A stretch of 64,000 nt of DNA, from assembly GCF_963921235.1 (NCBI RefSeq), contig NC_086108.1, positions 112,904,001 to 112,968,000 of the forward strand, written 5' to 3'. Under the pieces are notes generated by a model that had not been told where the DNA came from, did no database searches, and was given only the letters and a program-made list of their open reading frames with translations. Of the stretch, positions 26,200-39,579 are shown one piece after another. The position numbers and the translations under genes are program-made. Numbering within the stretch: position 1 is the stretch's first letter; the number at the start of each line of letters is the position of its first letter. The DNA is from Mobula hypostoma (Eukaryota).

Positions 26200-27535
26200 A
26201 GGGATTTAGTGAAACAAATTTGGAGAGAGGTTGCAGACTGTTGCAAGAAACATAAGGTTGTTACAGTAGGTGATTTTAACTTTCCTCATATTGACTAGGA
26301 ATCCCATACTGTAAAAGGACTAGATGGGAAAGAGTTTGTCAAATGTGTTGAGGAAGGTTTCCCTCATCAGTACGTAGAAGTCCCGTGCAATACTGGATCT
26401 GCTGTTAGGGAATGAGTCAGGGCAGGTGACGAAAGTTTGTGTAGGGGACACTTTGCATCCAGTGACCACAACGCTATTTGTTTCAAAGTAAATATGCAAA
26501 AAGATGGGTCTAGTTTGCGAGTTAAGATTCTAAATTGGAGAAAGGCCAATTTTGATGGTATCAGAAATGATCTGGCACGTGCTGTTTTCTGGCAAAGGTG
26601 TACTTTGTAAGTGGGAGGCCTAAAAACATGAAATATTGAGAGTACAAAGCTTGTATGTGCCTGTAAAAATAAAAAGTAAAGATAATAAGTGCAGGGAACC
26701 TTGGTTCTCAAGAGATATTGAGGTTCTGGTTTAGCGAGAAAAAGGAGGTGCATAGCGGGTCTAGGCAGCAGGAATAAGGGATTCTACCAATGTGTTTGGA
26801 TCAAAAGGATTGCAAGGGACAAAACTGGTCCTCTGGAAGATCAGAATGAGAATCCATGTGTGGACCAGAACAGATGGGAGAGATCTTAAATAAATTCCTT
26901 GCATCTGTATTTACTCAGGAGACAGGCACAGAGTCTATAGACATTAGGCAAAGCTTATGGACCCTGTTCAGTTTACAGAGGGGCAGGTGTTTGCTATCCT
27001 GAGGCAAATCAGTGTGGATAAATCCCCAGGGCCTGACAAAGATGTTCCCCCAGACCTACAGGAGGCATGTGCAGAAATTGCTGGGGCCCTAGCAGAGATA
27101 TTTAAATCACCCTGAACAACAGGAGAGGTACAAGAGGAATGGAGATGAGCCAACGTTGTTCTGCTGTTTAAAAAAAGGATTTAACCACAAACCAGGAAAT
27201 TATAGACTGGTGAGTCTGACATCAGCTGTGGGAAAGGTATTAGAAGGTATTCTAAGGGCCAGATATATAACTATTTGGATAGACATGGACTGATCAAGGA
27301 TAGTCAGCATGGCTTTGTTGCATGGTAGATCACGTCTAATCAATCTTCTACATCTTTTTGAGAAAGTTACCAGGAAAGTTGATTAAGCCAAGACAGTGTA
27401 TGTTGTCTCCATGGACTTTAGCAAAGCATTTGATAAGGACCAGCATGGGAGTTCGGTCAAGAAGGTTTAGACTGTTGGCATTCAGGATGAGGTAGAAAAT
27501 TGGATTAGACATTAGCTTTGTGGAAGAAGCCAGAC
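26200..27535 (+). mobile_element. Highly degenerate CR1 ORF2 fragment
   Basis: Recognisable DFNFP, SDH, DKSPGPD, NYRLVSLTS, SQHGF and MDFSKAFDK segments in broken frames. Confidence 0.75.
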
Positions 27536-28453
27536 AGAGACAGCACAAGGCACATATAGCACATATATGATAGCAGTAAATATGTCACACAAAAAACCAT
27601 ACTCATCACATGTACATTGAAACATATAGTGAAAAGTATTGTTTGTATTAACAACCAACACACCCAAAGATGTGCTGGAGGCAGTCTGCAAGTGTCACCA
27701 CACATTCTGACACCAGCATAGCACGTCCACCATGTTTAGCAGAACAACACAGAATTGACCTCACAATCTGCCTCATTATGGGCCTGAAAGCATATACTAC
27801 CAGACTCAAGCACAGCTTCTATCCTGCAATTACAAACTTGTCGATCGGTCCCCTAGCATGGTAAAATGGAGTCTTGATCTCACAGTCTACCTCTTTGTGA
27901 TCTTGCACCTTATCGTCTACCTGCACTGCACTTTCTCAAAGAGGAAGAGGTATTCTGAAGGAAAGATGAAACAACTGTGGAATATGAAGGTAAGCTAGCC
28001 AGTAATATTAAAGAAAGTTTCTTCAGTTACGTGAAGTGTAAAAGAGAGCTTGAGTGGATATTGGAACGCTGGAAAACGATGCTGGAGGTGTAATAATGGG
28101 GGGCAAGGAAATGGCGAACAAACTGAGTAAGTATTTTGCATCAGTCTCACAGTGGAAGAAACTAGCAGATTGGTGTAAGTTCCAGGTGTCAGAGGTCATG
28201 AAATGTGTGAAGTTACCATAACTAGAGAGAAGTTGGGAAACTGAAAAGTCTGAAGATAGATAAGTCACCTGGACCAGATGGTGTACACCCCAGAGCTCTG
28301 AAAGAGATAGCTGAAGAGATTATGGAGGCATTAATAATGATCTTTCAAAAATCACTTGATTCTGGAATGGTTCCGGAAGACTGGAAAATTGCAAAAGTCT
28401 GCTCGGAGAAGAATGTCCCCAGCCTCCCCACAGACCTGGAGTCTCTTTGTTAC

Positions 28454-28563
28454 CTCCGATTTACTGAGTGGCTGTAAGCAGGTCTGTCCGCCTGCGCTGA
28501 AATTGCAGAAGACTTCGATGGAATCCGATGGGCAGCCCAGGTTGGGATCGATCCAATACTTGT
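28454..28563 (-). CDS. col24a1: Collagen XXIV alpha-1-like C-propeptide exon ((D)[36 protein letters not shown])
   Basis: 110 nt (phase 1-0) with cttttcaatcctggcAG acceptor and GTAAC donor; YWIDPN-x-GC COLFI motif. Absent from the ORF track; read directly from the sequence. Confidence 0.92.
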
Positions 28564-28699
28564 CTGCCAGGATTGAAAAGAATCTACGTCAGCATATCAC
28601 AAATGCGAGAGATTTTGCAGTACACACAAAATGCTTTTGGAACTCGGCAAGTCAGGCAGCACAAAGCTGCAAGAAGCAGTATTTCCCAACAGTCAACAA

Positions 28700-29200
28700 T
28701 TTTAATTCCTGTTTCGACATGTTGGCCCATGGGGCCACTCTCAGGTTGGAGGGAGCAACATCTTATATTCTGTCTAGGTAACCTCCAACATGATAGGATG
28801 AATTTTGATTTCTCCTTCCAGTAATTCCCCGCCCTTCCCTCTTCTTCAATTACTCACCCTGGCCTCTTACCTCTTCTCCTCACCTGCCTATCACCTCCCC
28901 CTGGGCCCCCTCCTCATTCCCTTTCTCCCCCAGTCCTCTCCTCTCCTATCAGATTCCTTCTTCTTCAGCCCTTTACCCTTTCCACCTATCACCTCCCAAC
29001 TTCTTATTTCATGCCCCCCTCCCCACACACATGGTTCACCTATCACCTTCCAGCTTGTCCTCATTCCCATCCCCCTGCCTTCTTATTCTGGCATCTTCCT
29101 CTTTCCTTTCCAGTCCTGATGAAGGGTCTCAGCCCGAAATGTCGACTGTTTATTCACTTCCTGACCTGCTGAGTTCCTCCAGCATTTTGTGTGTGTTGTT
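28700..29200 (+). mobile_element. Penelope-like 3' fragment with hammerhead motif
   Basis: EQHLIFCLGNLQHDRMN remnant; pyrimidine-rich UTR; hammerhead at 29111-29148. Confidence 0.75.
29111..29148 (+). ncRNA. Minimal type-I hammerhead ribozyme motif (Penelope-associated)
   Basis: CAGTC-CTGATGA-AGGGTCTCAGCCC-GAAA-TGTC-GACTG: stem I CAGTC/GACTG, conserved CUGANGA and GAAA cores, GUC triplet. Confidence 0.7.
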
Positions 29201-29379
29201 TCAATGCAGGGGAGCAAACTGTTGATGTTTTGGGCTAAGACCTTTCATCAGGACAGGAAAGGAAGGCAGAAGTCAGAATAGCGTTAGTAAATAGGTGACT
29301 GAGTGCGACGGCGATACTAGAGTTGCAAACACAGGAACCTGGAACAACAGTCAAACTGCCGGAGGACATCCTGATAGAC

Positions 29380-29840
29380 CTGGGGTTTTCACCTTTCCTA
29401 TGCCATGAACCCTTTGGTCAATCTGGTGCAGCCCATGAAATAATGTATTTAAATATATGAAATAAAATACTTAGGATTACAAAATAAACCAGTTATACTG
29501 AAGTACAGTTATCACGTGTTAAAGATTATTTTGTGATGTAGTAGTATATGTGCTTCTTTATTACTACATTAAATAGCAAAACAGTATATTTAAAATGTAG
29601 ACACGAGGAATTCTGCAGATGCTGGAAATTCAAGCAACGCACATCAAAGGGTCTCGGCCCGAAATATCGACTGTACCTCTTCCGAGAGATGCTGCCTGGC
29701 CTGCTGTGTTCACCAGCAACTTTGATGTGTGTTATTTAAAATGTAGCCAAGTTAAAATTAAATTTTTATTTTTAAAGATATCCCAGTGTGATGGTTGTTA
29801 CTTAGCTTGAATAAAAACATTAAACTGAGGGTTAGTCCTT
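29380..29840 (+). mobile_element. hAT-Charlie (MER103/Chaplin-like) non-autonomous relic, split by a Penelope mini-insert
   Basis: CTGGGGTT terminus; GCCATGAACCCTTTGGTCAATCTGGTG...AAATAAAATACTTAGGATTACAAA...ATATGTGCTTCTTTATT resembles the MER103C consensus as recalled from memory. Confidence 0.5.
29601..29732. mobile_element. Penelope pseudo-LTR mini-insertion with inverted end
   Basis: 14-bp TSD TATTTAAAATGTAG at 29587-29600 and 29733-29746; inverted arms AACGCACATCAAAG / CTTTGATGTGTGTT; partial hammerhead. Confidence 0.75.
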
Positions 29841-31080
29841 GACAAAGCAATACGTGTGTCATGTTAGATTGTTGATTTTTTTTTTGTTTTAATGGTTACA
29901 AGTGTTGAGAATTCTGACTCACAAAGACATATTGTTGTAACTAGAATTAAATCTTCCACGGCTCACTTTGCAAGGTCTCAGACTGAAATGCCAGCCTTCC
30001 CTGTGCTGTCCGACCAGCAGTGTATCTGCCTAATTGTTTTTTTGGCACATAGAGTGAAAGCACAGAAATAGGCCCTTCAGCCCACAAACTCCACGTTGAC
30101 CTTTTTCCCTCATCTAGTCCAAAGTAAGTTCAAAGTTCAAAATAACTGTAATATTAAAGTATGTATGTGCACCCATTTACTCCCCTGAGGTTCCTTTTAT
30201 TTACTTAGAGGTACAGCACGGAAAAGGCCCTTTCTGCCCAATGAGATGCACCACCCAGCAGCACACTGATATAACCCAGCGTAATCACAGGGCAAGTTAC
30301 AATGACCAATTAATTTACTAATCACAGGGCGATTTACAATGACCAATTAACTTACTAACCACAGGACAATTTACGATGACCAGTACGTGTTTGGAAAGTG
30401 GGAGGAAACCAGAACACCTGGAGGAAACACGCATGTTCGTGGGGCGGAACGTATAAACTCCTTACAGACAACGTCGGGATTGAACTCCGAACTCTGACAC
30501 TCTGAGCTGTAATAGCATCGCAATAACCGCTCTGCCTCTGTTGAATCACAGTAATACAACAAAATACAATAGGACCAATGAAAAACTACACTGATCCCAT
30601 TTGTCCACATTAGGGCTGTGTCCTCCTTTGCCTTGCGAACTAATTATTTACTGTCAGGAGAGGGAAAGGAAATGGGCAGCCCCTGTGGCCATTCCCCTCA
30701 ATAAGAAGAATACCACTTTTGTGGGACACTAATGGTGGGCAGGGGTAGGAAACAACCTATCAGAGTGAAGCCACAGCGAACAGGTCTCTGGCACTGAGTT
30801 TAGTGCTATGTCTCAGAAGAGAAGAGAGGAGAAGAGAACTGCAGTGGTAATGGGGGGTTCCATAGTCAGAGGAGTAGACACTAGAGTCTGTGGACATGAA
30901 AATGCCACCTGGGTGGTGTGTCACCTCGCAGGTGCCAGGCTCAGGGATGTCTTGGATTGGGTCCATGGCATTCTGAAGGGGTTTGGGTGAGCAGCCAGAA
31001 GAAACTGGCATATAATTGGCATCAGTGACATAGGTAGGAAAAGAACAGAGGTACTAAAGAGAGAACCTAGTAGGCTAGGT

Positions 31081-34000
31081 TAGTTAGTTAGCTACTGAGT
31101 CTGCCAGTGTGCGTAATCCAACACCATATGCCTTGATGGGAGGAGGAGGTTCTACACTGAGGGTTATGCTCTCAGTCTTTCTCTGGCTGACTCCAGTCTA
31201 AACTGTCCACCACACTGGTGCTGAGTTTTCTCTTGCCTGTGCTGGTGTGTATGTGACAGCAATGCAAGGTCACCCACAAAGTCAAGGTCTTCTAAAGTGG
31301 AGAATAGAGTCCACCTAATGCCTTTCTGCTTGTCTTCCATTGTTTGCCTAACCCAGTCAGTCAGCAGGTTAAATAATGTCGCCAACATCACACAGCCTAA
31401 CCTGACTCTTATCTTGGCTTCAAAGCTCAAATTGCAATCCCCAGCTGTGCAGCTGAAGTTGGCATAGAAACTCTGGATAAGTTGGACAACATTGGAAGGG
31501 ATCCTATATGAACCGAGAATTCGCCAGAGGCTGTCTCCATGAATGCCGTCAAAAGCCTTTTCAAGGCCCACAAAATTCACGTACATTTGCCTCTGCCGCT
31601 CTGTGCACAGTTCCATGATGTTACACAGCGTGAAGATTCGGTCGACGCAGCCTCTGTTTCTTCTGAGGCCAGAATGCTCTTTCCTCGAGCACATATCAAC
31701 AGCATGTGTAATCCATTGGACAACGACTTTGGCAAGAAGCTTGCTAGGCGCTGTCAAAAGTGAGATGCCACGCCAGTTGTTGCAATCACTTAGTGCTCCT
31801 TTAAGGAACTGGACCTGCATCTCAATGACCTTCGACTCATACGGGAGAATGAGGAGGTGATCGACAGGAGCTACAGGGAGGTAGTCACTCCCAGGTTGTA
31901 GGAGTCAGATAACTGGGTAACTGTCAGGTGAAGGAAGGGAAATGCACAGCCAGTACAGAGTATACCTGTGGCCGTTCCCCTCAATAATAAGTATATAACT
32001 TTAGATACCGTTGAGGGAGATGACCTACTGGGGGGGGGGGGAACAGTGACTGTTTTCTGGCACTGAGTCTGGTGCTGTGGCTCAGAAGAGCAGAGAGGTG
32101 AATAGGACTGCAGTGTTGATAGGAGATTTCATAGCCAGCGGAACAGAGATGAGGTTCTGTGGGCGTGATAGAGATACCTGGATGGTAGGTTGGCTCCCAG
32201 ATTCCAGAGTTAGGGATGTCTTGGATTGTGTCCATGTCATTCTAAAGGGGGTTGGGTGAGCAGCCAGAAGTCTTGGTACATATTGACACCAATGATATAA
32301 GTAGACAAGACGAGGAGGCCCTGAAGAGAGACCTTAGGGAGCTAGGTAGAAAATTCAGAAGAATGAGGGGAGAACTAATTGAAACCTATTGAATATTGAA
32401 AGGCCTCAATAGAGTGGATGTGGAGAGGATGTTTCCTTCGTGGAAGAGTCTCAGAATGGACGGGTGTTCTTTTGAGATGGAGCTGAGGAGGCATTTATTT
32501 AGCTGGGGGTGGTGAATCTGTGGAATTTGTTGCCACAGGCGGCTGTGGAGGGCAAGTTTTTATGTACAGTATATTTAAGGCAGATGTTGATTGGTCAGGG
32601 CATGAAGGGATACAGGAAGAAGGGTGGAGATTGGAGCCAGAGGAAAAATGGATCAACCATGATAAGTCCATAAGACATAGGAGCCAAAGTAGGCCATTCA
32701 GCCCATCGAGTCTGCTCCGCTATTCAATCATGGGCTGATCCAATTCTTCCAGTCGCCCCCACTCCCCTGCCTTCTCTTCATACTCTTTGATACCCTGGCT
32801 AATCAAGAATCTATCTATCTCTGTCTTAAATATACCCAATGACTTGGCATCCACAGCCGCTCATGGCAACAAACTCCATAGATTTACCACCCTCTGAATA
32901 AAGTAATTTCTTCGCATTTCTGTTCTAAATGGACATCCTTCAATCCTGAAGTCATGCCCTTTTATCCTGGACTACCCAACCATGGGAAATAACTTTGCCA
33001 TATCTAATCTGTTCAGGCCTTTTAACATTCAGAAGATCCCCTCTTATTCGCTTGAACTCCAGGGAATACAACCCGAGAGCTGCTGTATGTTCCTCATACG
33101 GTAACTCTTTCACTCCTGGAATCCTTCTAGTGAATCTTCTCTGAACCCTCTCCAATGTCAGTATATCCTTTCCAAAATAAGGAGCCCAAAACTACACACA
33201 ATACTCCAAAGTGTGGTCTCACGAGTGCCTTATAGAGCCTCAACATCACATCCCTGCTCTTACATTCTATACCTCTAGAAATGAATGCCAAAAATGATGA
33301 AATGGTGGAGCAGAATCGATGGGCTAAATGGCCTAATTCCACTCCTATGTTTTTGGTCTCTCTTTGTTCAGTTCTTGGGTACTTCTCTTTGTTCCTAGAT
33401 GAGAGTAATCAGTGATTACAGGATGGCTACAGCAACTTTTGCTCCAGCTTTGAATGGTTCAACGTTCAAATTGTCATGTCTTGGAGCTTGGCTGTTCTTG
33501 AATGATTTAATCACAGCAACAACCTCTTCTTTCTTGGGTGGATCTGAGTTGATGTCGAGGTCTTCTGCTGCCTCTTGTATGTCAGGTTCTTCATCTGGTG
33601 GTGGTCTGTTCAGTAATTCTCTGAAATACTCCGCCCATTATGCTTCATGCTCTTTCTCTGTTGACAGAAGCAGACTGTTCTTGTCTCTCACAGAGCCACT
33701 GGATCTGGCCTGGAACTTTCCCCATACCAATTTTGAAATTGCGTATATACAGTATTTCCCTGATCGCTTCGATTGGCTGCTGCTTCAGCCTCCTCTGTAA
33801 TGTCTTCCATGTAGACTCTCTTATCCTTTCTTACAAGTCTCTTCACTTTCTTGTTAGTTCAGATCATGTCAGTTGAAGTTTCTCCTTAATTTGTGTTGAC
33901 TTTGCATCTAACACTTTCTAATCAATTTTCTTAAATTTCTTCTAAGGTTGGCCATGTTTCCTGCTGTATCGATTCTTTGCTCTTCTTTCCAGCTTTGTAT

Positions 34001-35270
34001 CCTAGAGAAGCCTCACTTCTCTCCTTGAAGACTGAGGCCGTCTGTTTCCACATTGTGTCGATCCTGTCTACTGGATCATGCAAGTCCTGCAATCTGTTCT
34101 TAAACTGAATGGTGAAGGCAGATCTCACACTGGTGTCCATGAGCTTTTCAACATCAAAACGTCTTTGTACATTTGTTCTGGTCCCAGTGCTTCTCAGCTT
34201 GAGTTTCATCACTGCTACAACAAGGTGGCGACCACTTCCTACATCTGCTCTTCTCTTTTACATCTTGCAAGGATTGTCTGCACATACCATTGATCATTAA
34301 ATGGTTCTTGTCATGTTTTTTGGGTGGGTACCATGTCAGTCTTGGATTTCACAGTAGGAGAGTCCCTCCTATGACCAGATTGTTGAAGGCACAGAATTCC
34401 ATCGGTTTTTCACCATTGTTATTCATCGTTCCACTTCCATGCATGTCCATTATGCTAGTGAAGCGTGAGTTATTATTTCCCATTTTGGCATTTAGACCTC
34501 CCATGATGATGATTATATCATGGCGTGGTGTTAACTCTACCTCTGATTACAGCTGTTGATAAAAGACGTCCCTTTCTTCAATGCCATTAGTTGGAGCATA
34601 GCACAGATGGCATTCATGCTCCCTTGCTTCCCTTTCAGCCCGACTCTCATCAGCCTACTGTTGATTGGTTTCCACTCCAGCAAACTCTTCTCAATGCTCT
34701 TCTTCAAAATGACAGCTACAGCAACATCACGCTGACCACCTGAGTATGAAACCGTTTCACCCGTTGCTGCCTTTGGCCTGCCAGACCCTGTCACTCTGCT
34801 TTCACTGATGCCCAGTATATGTAGGTTGTAACAACACATTCCTGCAGTTATTTTTGCCTGCTTGCCAGTTCTGTACATGCTTCATACATCCCAAAAACCT
34901 ATTTTGGTCTTGATCCTGGCAGTGTTCAGGGCTTCCTTCCTCATGCCAGTAGCTTCCTCTCGGTTTTCACAACTGTCAGACATGCAGATCCCGGGTGGAT
35001 ACTCAGGAATACCATCACACACAGATTTAAGGTTCTTCATTGCTGTTTCTGTAACAATTTTTTGACCAGTCAGAGTTATTAGCCCTGAGCTGATCCCTCG
35101 AACCTGGAGGACCAAGTCTGGCCTCTGTCCTTTGACATGATTGGCATGGATGACCCTACCAAGAGTCAAAGCACAAGGCCCTGACTCCAGCCACCACAGC
35201 CCTCCGGGTCATTGAGGCACGCCAGCCTCCAACCCCTCAGACAAGGTTATGGTCTTCTTGGAGATGGGGA
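31081..35270 (-). mobile_element. RTE-clade LINE (APE and RT), decayed, with nested CR1 fragments at about 31811-33355
   Basis: KIGFWDV, ILGISESR and WKPINSRLM APE motifs; CNNWRGISLL, KAFD, VRLGC and LDFVGDLALL RT motifs; (TAAC)n tail at 31081-31095. Confidence 0.8.
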
Positions 35271-37607
35271 GTATGGTAGAAAGCTGAAGGGCAGGACTTC
35301 CGGGATACTAATCTCCGGATTACTGCCTGTGTCATGAGACACCGAGGGTAAGAATAGGATGATTTGGCAGATGAATGCATGGCTAAGGAATTGGTGCAGG
35401 AGCAAAGCTTCAGATTTCTCGATCATTTGGATCTCTTCTGGGAAAGGTATGAACTGTACAAAAGGGATGGGTTTCTCCTGAACCTGAGGGGAATCAGTAT
35501 CCTTGCAGGCAGGTTTGCTAGAACTGATGGGGAGGGTTTAAATTAACTTGGCAGGGGAATGGGAACTAAAGTGATTAGGCTGAGGATGGGCAGTTGGTAC
35601 ACAAGCAAAGACAGTGTGTAGTGACACTGTCAGGAAGGACAGGCAGATAATAGGACAAAGTTGTAGTCAGTGGGATGAGTTGCAGTGTAACATGGGGACA
35701 AAATTGAAAAGGATGATGAGTACAGAACTGAAGGTGTTTTACTTGAATGCTGCAGTATATTGAATAAGATGGCCTTGCAGCGCAGTTAGGAATTGGCGGG
35801 TATGATGTGTGGGCATCGGTGAGTCATGGCTGAAAGAAGATTATAGCTGGGAGCTTAACATTCAAGGAAACACATTGAATCAAAAGGACAGGCAGGTAGG
35901 GAGGGGGTGGGGTGGCTTGGTTGGTTGAAAAATGAAATCAAATCCTTAAAAAGAGGTGACATACAATCAGAAGATGTAGAATCCTTGTGGGTAGAGTTCA
36001 GAAAATGCAAGGGCAAAAAGACCCTGATGGGAGTTACATACAGTACATCTGAACAGTAGCCAGGATCTGGGCTACAATTTACATTGGAAGATAGAAAATG
36101 CATGTCAAAAGAGCAATGTTAGGATAATTGTGTGTGTGGGGGGGGGGGGTGGAATTTGTATTGTATTGAAATATGCAGGTAGATTGGGAAAATCAAGGCG
36201 GTGCAGGATCCCAGCGGAGAGAATTTGTAGAATGCCAGTGAGATGGTTTTTAGAACAGCTTGTGTTTGAGCCTGCTAGGGAATGAGCTATTCAAGATTGG
36301 GTGTCGTATAATGAACCAGATTTGATTGGGGAGCTTAAGGTAAAGGAACCCTTAGCAGCCACGGATCATAATATGATAGAATTCACCTTGCAGTTTGAGA
36401 GAGAAGCTAAAGTGAAATGTATCAGTATTACACTGGAGTAAAGGGAAGTACAGAGGGAATTACAGAAAGAAGCTAAAGGGAATTACAGAGGGAAGCTAAA
36501 GTGAAATGTATCAATATTACACTGGAGTAAAGGGATTTACAAAGGCAGGAGAGAGGAGCTGGCTAGAGTTAATTGGAAGAGGTCACTTGAAGGGATGATG
36601 ACAGAGCAGCAATGGCTGGAGTTTCTGGGAGCAATTTGGAAGGCACAGGATAGATACATCCCAAAGAAGTATTCTAAAAGGAGTATGACACAACCGTGGC
36701 TGATAAAAGAAGTCAAAGCCAACATACAAACGTTTGTAAAAGCAAAAGAGAAGTCATATAATACCGTAGAGCAAAAATTAGTGGGAATTTAAATTGGGAA
36801 GCTTTTAAAAACCAACAGAAGACAACTCAAATATGAAGGTAAGCTACCCAACAATATCAAAGAGGATGCAAAAGTTTTTTTTTCAGCTATATAAAGAGAA
36901 GAGAAGTGAGACCACTGGACCACTGGAAAATGATGCTGGATAGGTAGCAATGGGGGACAAGGAAAAAGCAGATGAACAGTATAAGTATTTTGCATGACTT
37001 CACTGTGGAAGACACTAGTAATATGCCAGCAGTTCAAACAAGTGTTGGGGCAGAAGTGAGTGCAACTGCTATTACTAGGGAGAAGGTGCTTGGGAAGCTG
37101 AAAGGTCTGAAGGTAGAGAAGGCCCCTAGACCAGATGGATTGCAGCTCAGGGTTCTGAAGCAGGTAGTTGATGAGATTATGGAGGCAATAATAATGATCT
37201 TTCAAGAATCACTGGATTCTGGCATGCTTCTGGCAAACTTGAAAATTGCAAATGTCACTCCACTCTTCAGGAAGGGAGCAAGGCAGAAGAAAGGAAATTA
37301 TAGGCCAGATAGCTTGACTATAGTGGTTGGGGAGAATGTTGGTGTTGTCGTTAAGGATGAGATCTCAGGGTACTTGGAGGAACATGATTAAATAGGCCAT
37401 AGCCAGCATGGTTTCCTCGAAGGAAAATCTTGTCTGCCAAATCTGTTGGGATTCTTTGAGGAAATAACAAGCAGGATAGACAAAGGAGAATCTGTGCACT
37501 TGGATTTTCAGAAGGCCTTGTGACAAGGTACCACACATGAGGCTGCTTACCAAGCTAGCAGCCCATGGTATTACAGGAAAGATACTAGCATGGATAAAGC
37601 AGTGGCT

Positions 37608-39579
37608 TACGCTGACGATTTATTGGTTTATATATCTAATCCCGAAGAATCTATTCCTGCCTTGTTAAAATTATTCAATGAATTTGGAGATTTTTCAGGA
37701 TATAAAATAAATTTTAGTAAAAGTGAATTGTTTCCTTTAAATGAATCTGTCTCTATATATGATAATACTCCTTTTAAAGTCACAGATTTTTTAGATATTT
37801 AGGTGTTATAATTACTAAAAAATATAAGGATCTTTATAAAGCCAATTTCGTTCCCTTGGTAGACTCTATGAAGTATTTATTTAGTAGATGGAGTCCACCT
37901 ACATTTTCACTTGTTGGTCGTATCCATATAGTTAAAATGATGATCTTACCAAAATTTTTATATTTATTTCAGAATATCCCTGTTTTTTGACTAGGAAGTT
38001 TTTTGATCGGATTGATTCTATTATTTTATCTTCTATTTGGAATAATAAAAGACCAAGAATTAGTAAATGTCACTTACAAAAGTTGAAAAAGGAAGGAGGT
38101 CTTGCTTTGCCTAATTTAAAAATGTATTACTGGGCTGTTAATGTGCGATACATGTCCTTTTGGTTATATTGGGTTGATAAGGACGATCGGCCAATTTGGG
38201 TAGACCTGGAATTGAAAGCTGTGAAACAGTTTTACTTAACCTCGTTATTGGGAGTTGCTTTACCTATACAATTAGCTAAAGTTGCTAATTTAAACCTACA
38301 CCTTGTGATTAAGCATTCTTTACAAATTTGGCTCCAGTTCTGCAATTTTTTTTAATCTTAAAAGTTTTAAACTTTGTAGTTTAATTTATCGAAATTACTT
38401 TTTTAAGCCTTTCAGTGATCTAATTTTTTTACTTTGGAAAAATAAAGGTATTAATTCTATTTTGGATTTATTTAAAGAAGATAGATTGATGTCTTTTGAA
38501 CAATTAGTTGATAAATATTCTCTTTCATACTCCCACTTTTTACAATACCTTCAAGTTAGACATTTCTTACAAAAATATTTATGTAATTTTCCTTACATAT
38601 TGGAGGCTGACCTGTTAGATACTATTATGAGTATGAACTCTTCGATGAAGGGTTCCATTGGAAGAATTTATAATTTACTATTACAATGGGATAAGCGTCC
38701 TTTATATAAGATTAAACAAGATTGGGAAAAGGAACTCAATTTGACTTTTATGACGGAGGATTGGAAGCGGATTCTGAAGCTGGTTAACTCTTCTTTGATC
38801 TGTGCTAGTCATTCACTGATTCAATTTAAAATCGTACATCGTTACCATTTGACGAAGGAGAGATTTTCTAAAATATTCCCTAATGTTGATAGTTATTGTG
38901 ATGGATGTAAAACTGAGGCAACTACACTGACACACATGTTTTGGTCTTGTTCTATACTGGAACAGTTCTGGAATTCAGTTTTTTCGACAATTTCTAAAGC
39001 ACTTAAAATTAATTTACAACCTAACACATTAACTGTGCTTTTTGGAATAATTCCTCAAAATATCCGTAGTATCTCTGTGTCTGACCAACACGTTATTGCA
39101 TTTGTTACATTGATAGCTAGGAGGGCCATTTTGTTGAAGTGGAAGGATATATCAGCTCCCACTTTGTCACAATGGTTCGCTCAAGTGATGCTATGTCTTA
39201 GTTTGGAGAAAATTAGAAGTTGAACCTTTGAACCTTTATGTGATTTAAAGAAAAGATGGGATTCATTTGCTCGTTATTATCATTTGAGTTAATTGATAGA
39301 TATTCTCCACGATCTAATTGTAAATTTCAGGTATATTTTTTTTCCTTGCTGGTGGTTTGATGTTTATCTTTAGAAGCATTTTGTATGACGCATGGCTCCG
39401 GGGTCGTACACCTAATGAGTTCCCCCCCCCCCACTTTTCTGCTTAGTAGGGTTTTTTTATTATCACAAAAATTTTTCAGTCTTTAAAGTAATGTGTTTTT
39501 TCCTTGAGACATTGTAAGTGTTGCTTACTTCAATGTACTCGTGTTATTTTTTGAATAATAAAAAGATTTGAAAATACAG
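37608..39579 (+). mobile_element. 5'-truncated L1-clade LINE
   Basis: YADDLL, SGYKINFSKSE, KEGGLALP and C-x2-C-x7-H-x4-C (CDGC...THMFWSC) motifs; A-rich tail; 12-bp TSD AAAGCAGTGGCT at 37596-37607 and 39580-39591; AT-rich. Confidence 0.92.

Noticed and set aside
36400..36540. Local mosaic duplication in an old CR1
   Set aside because: Ordinary slippage or repair duplication with no wider significance.
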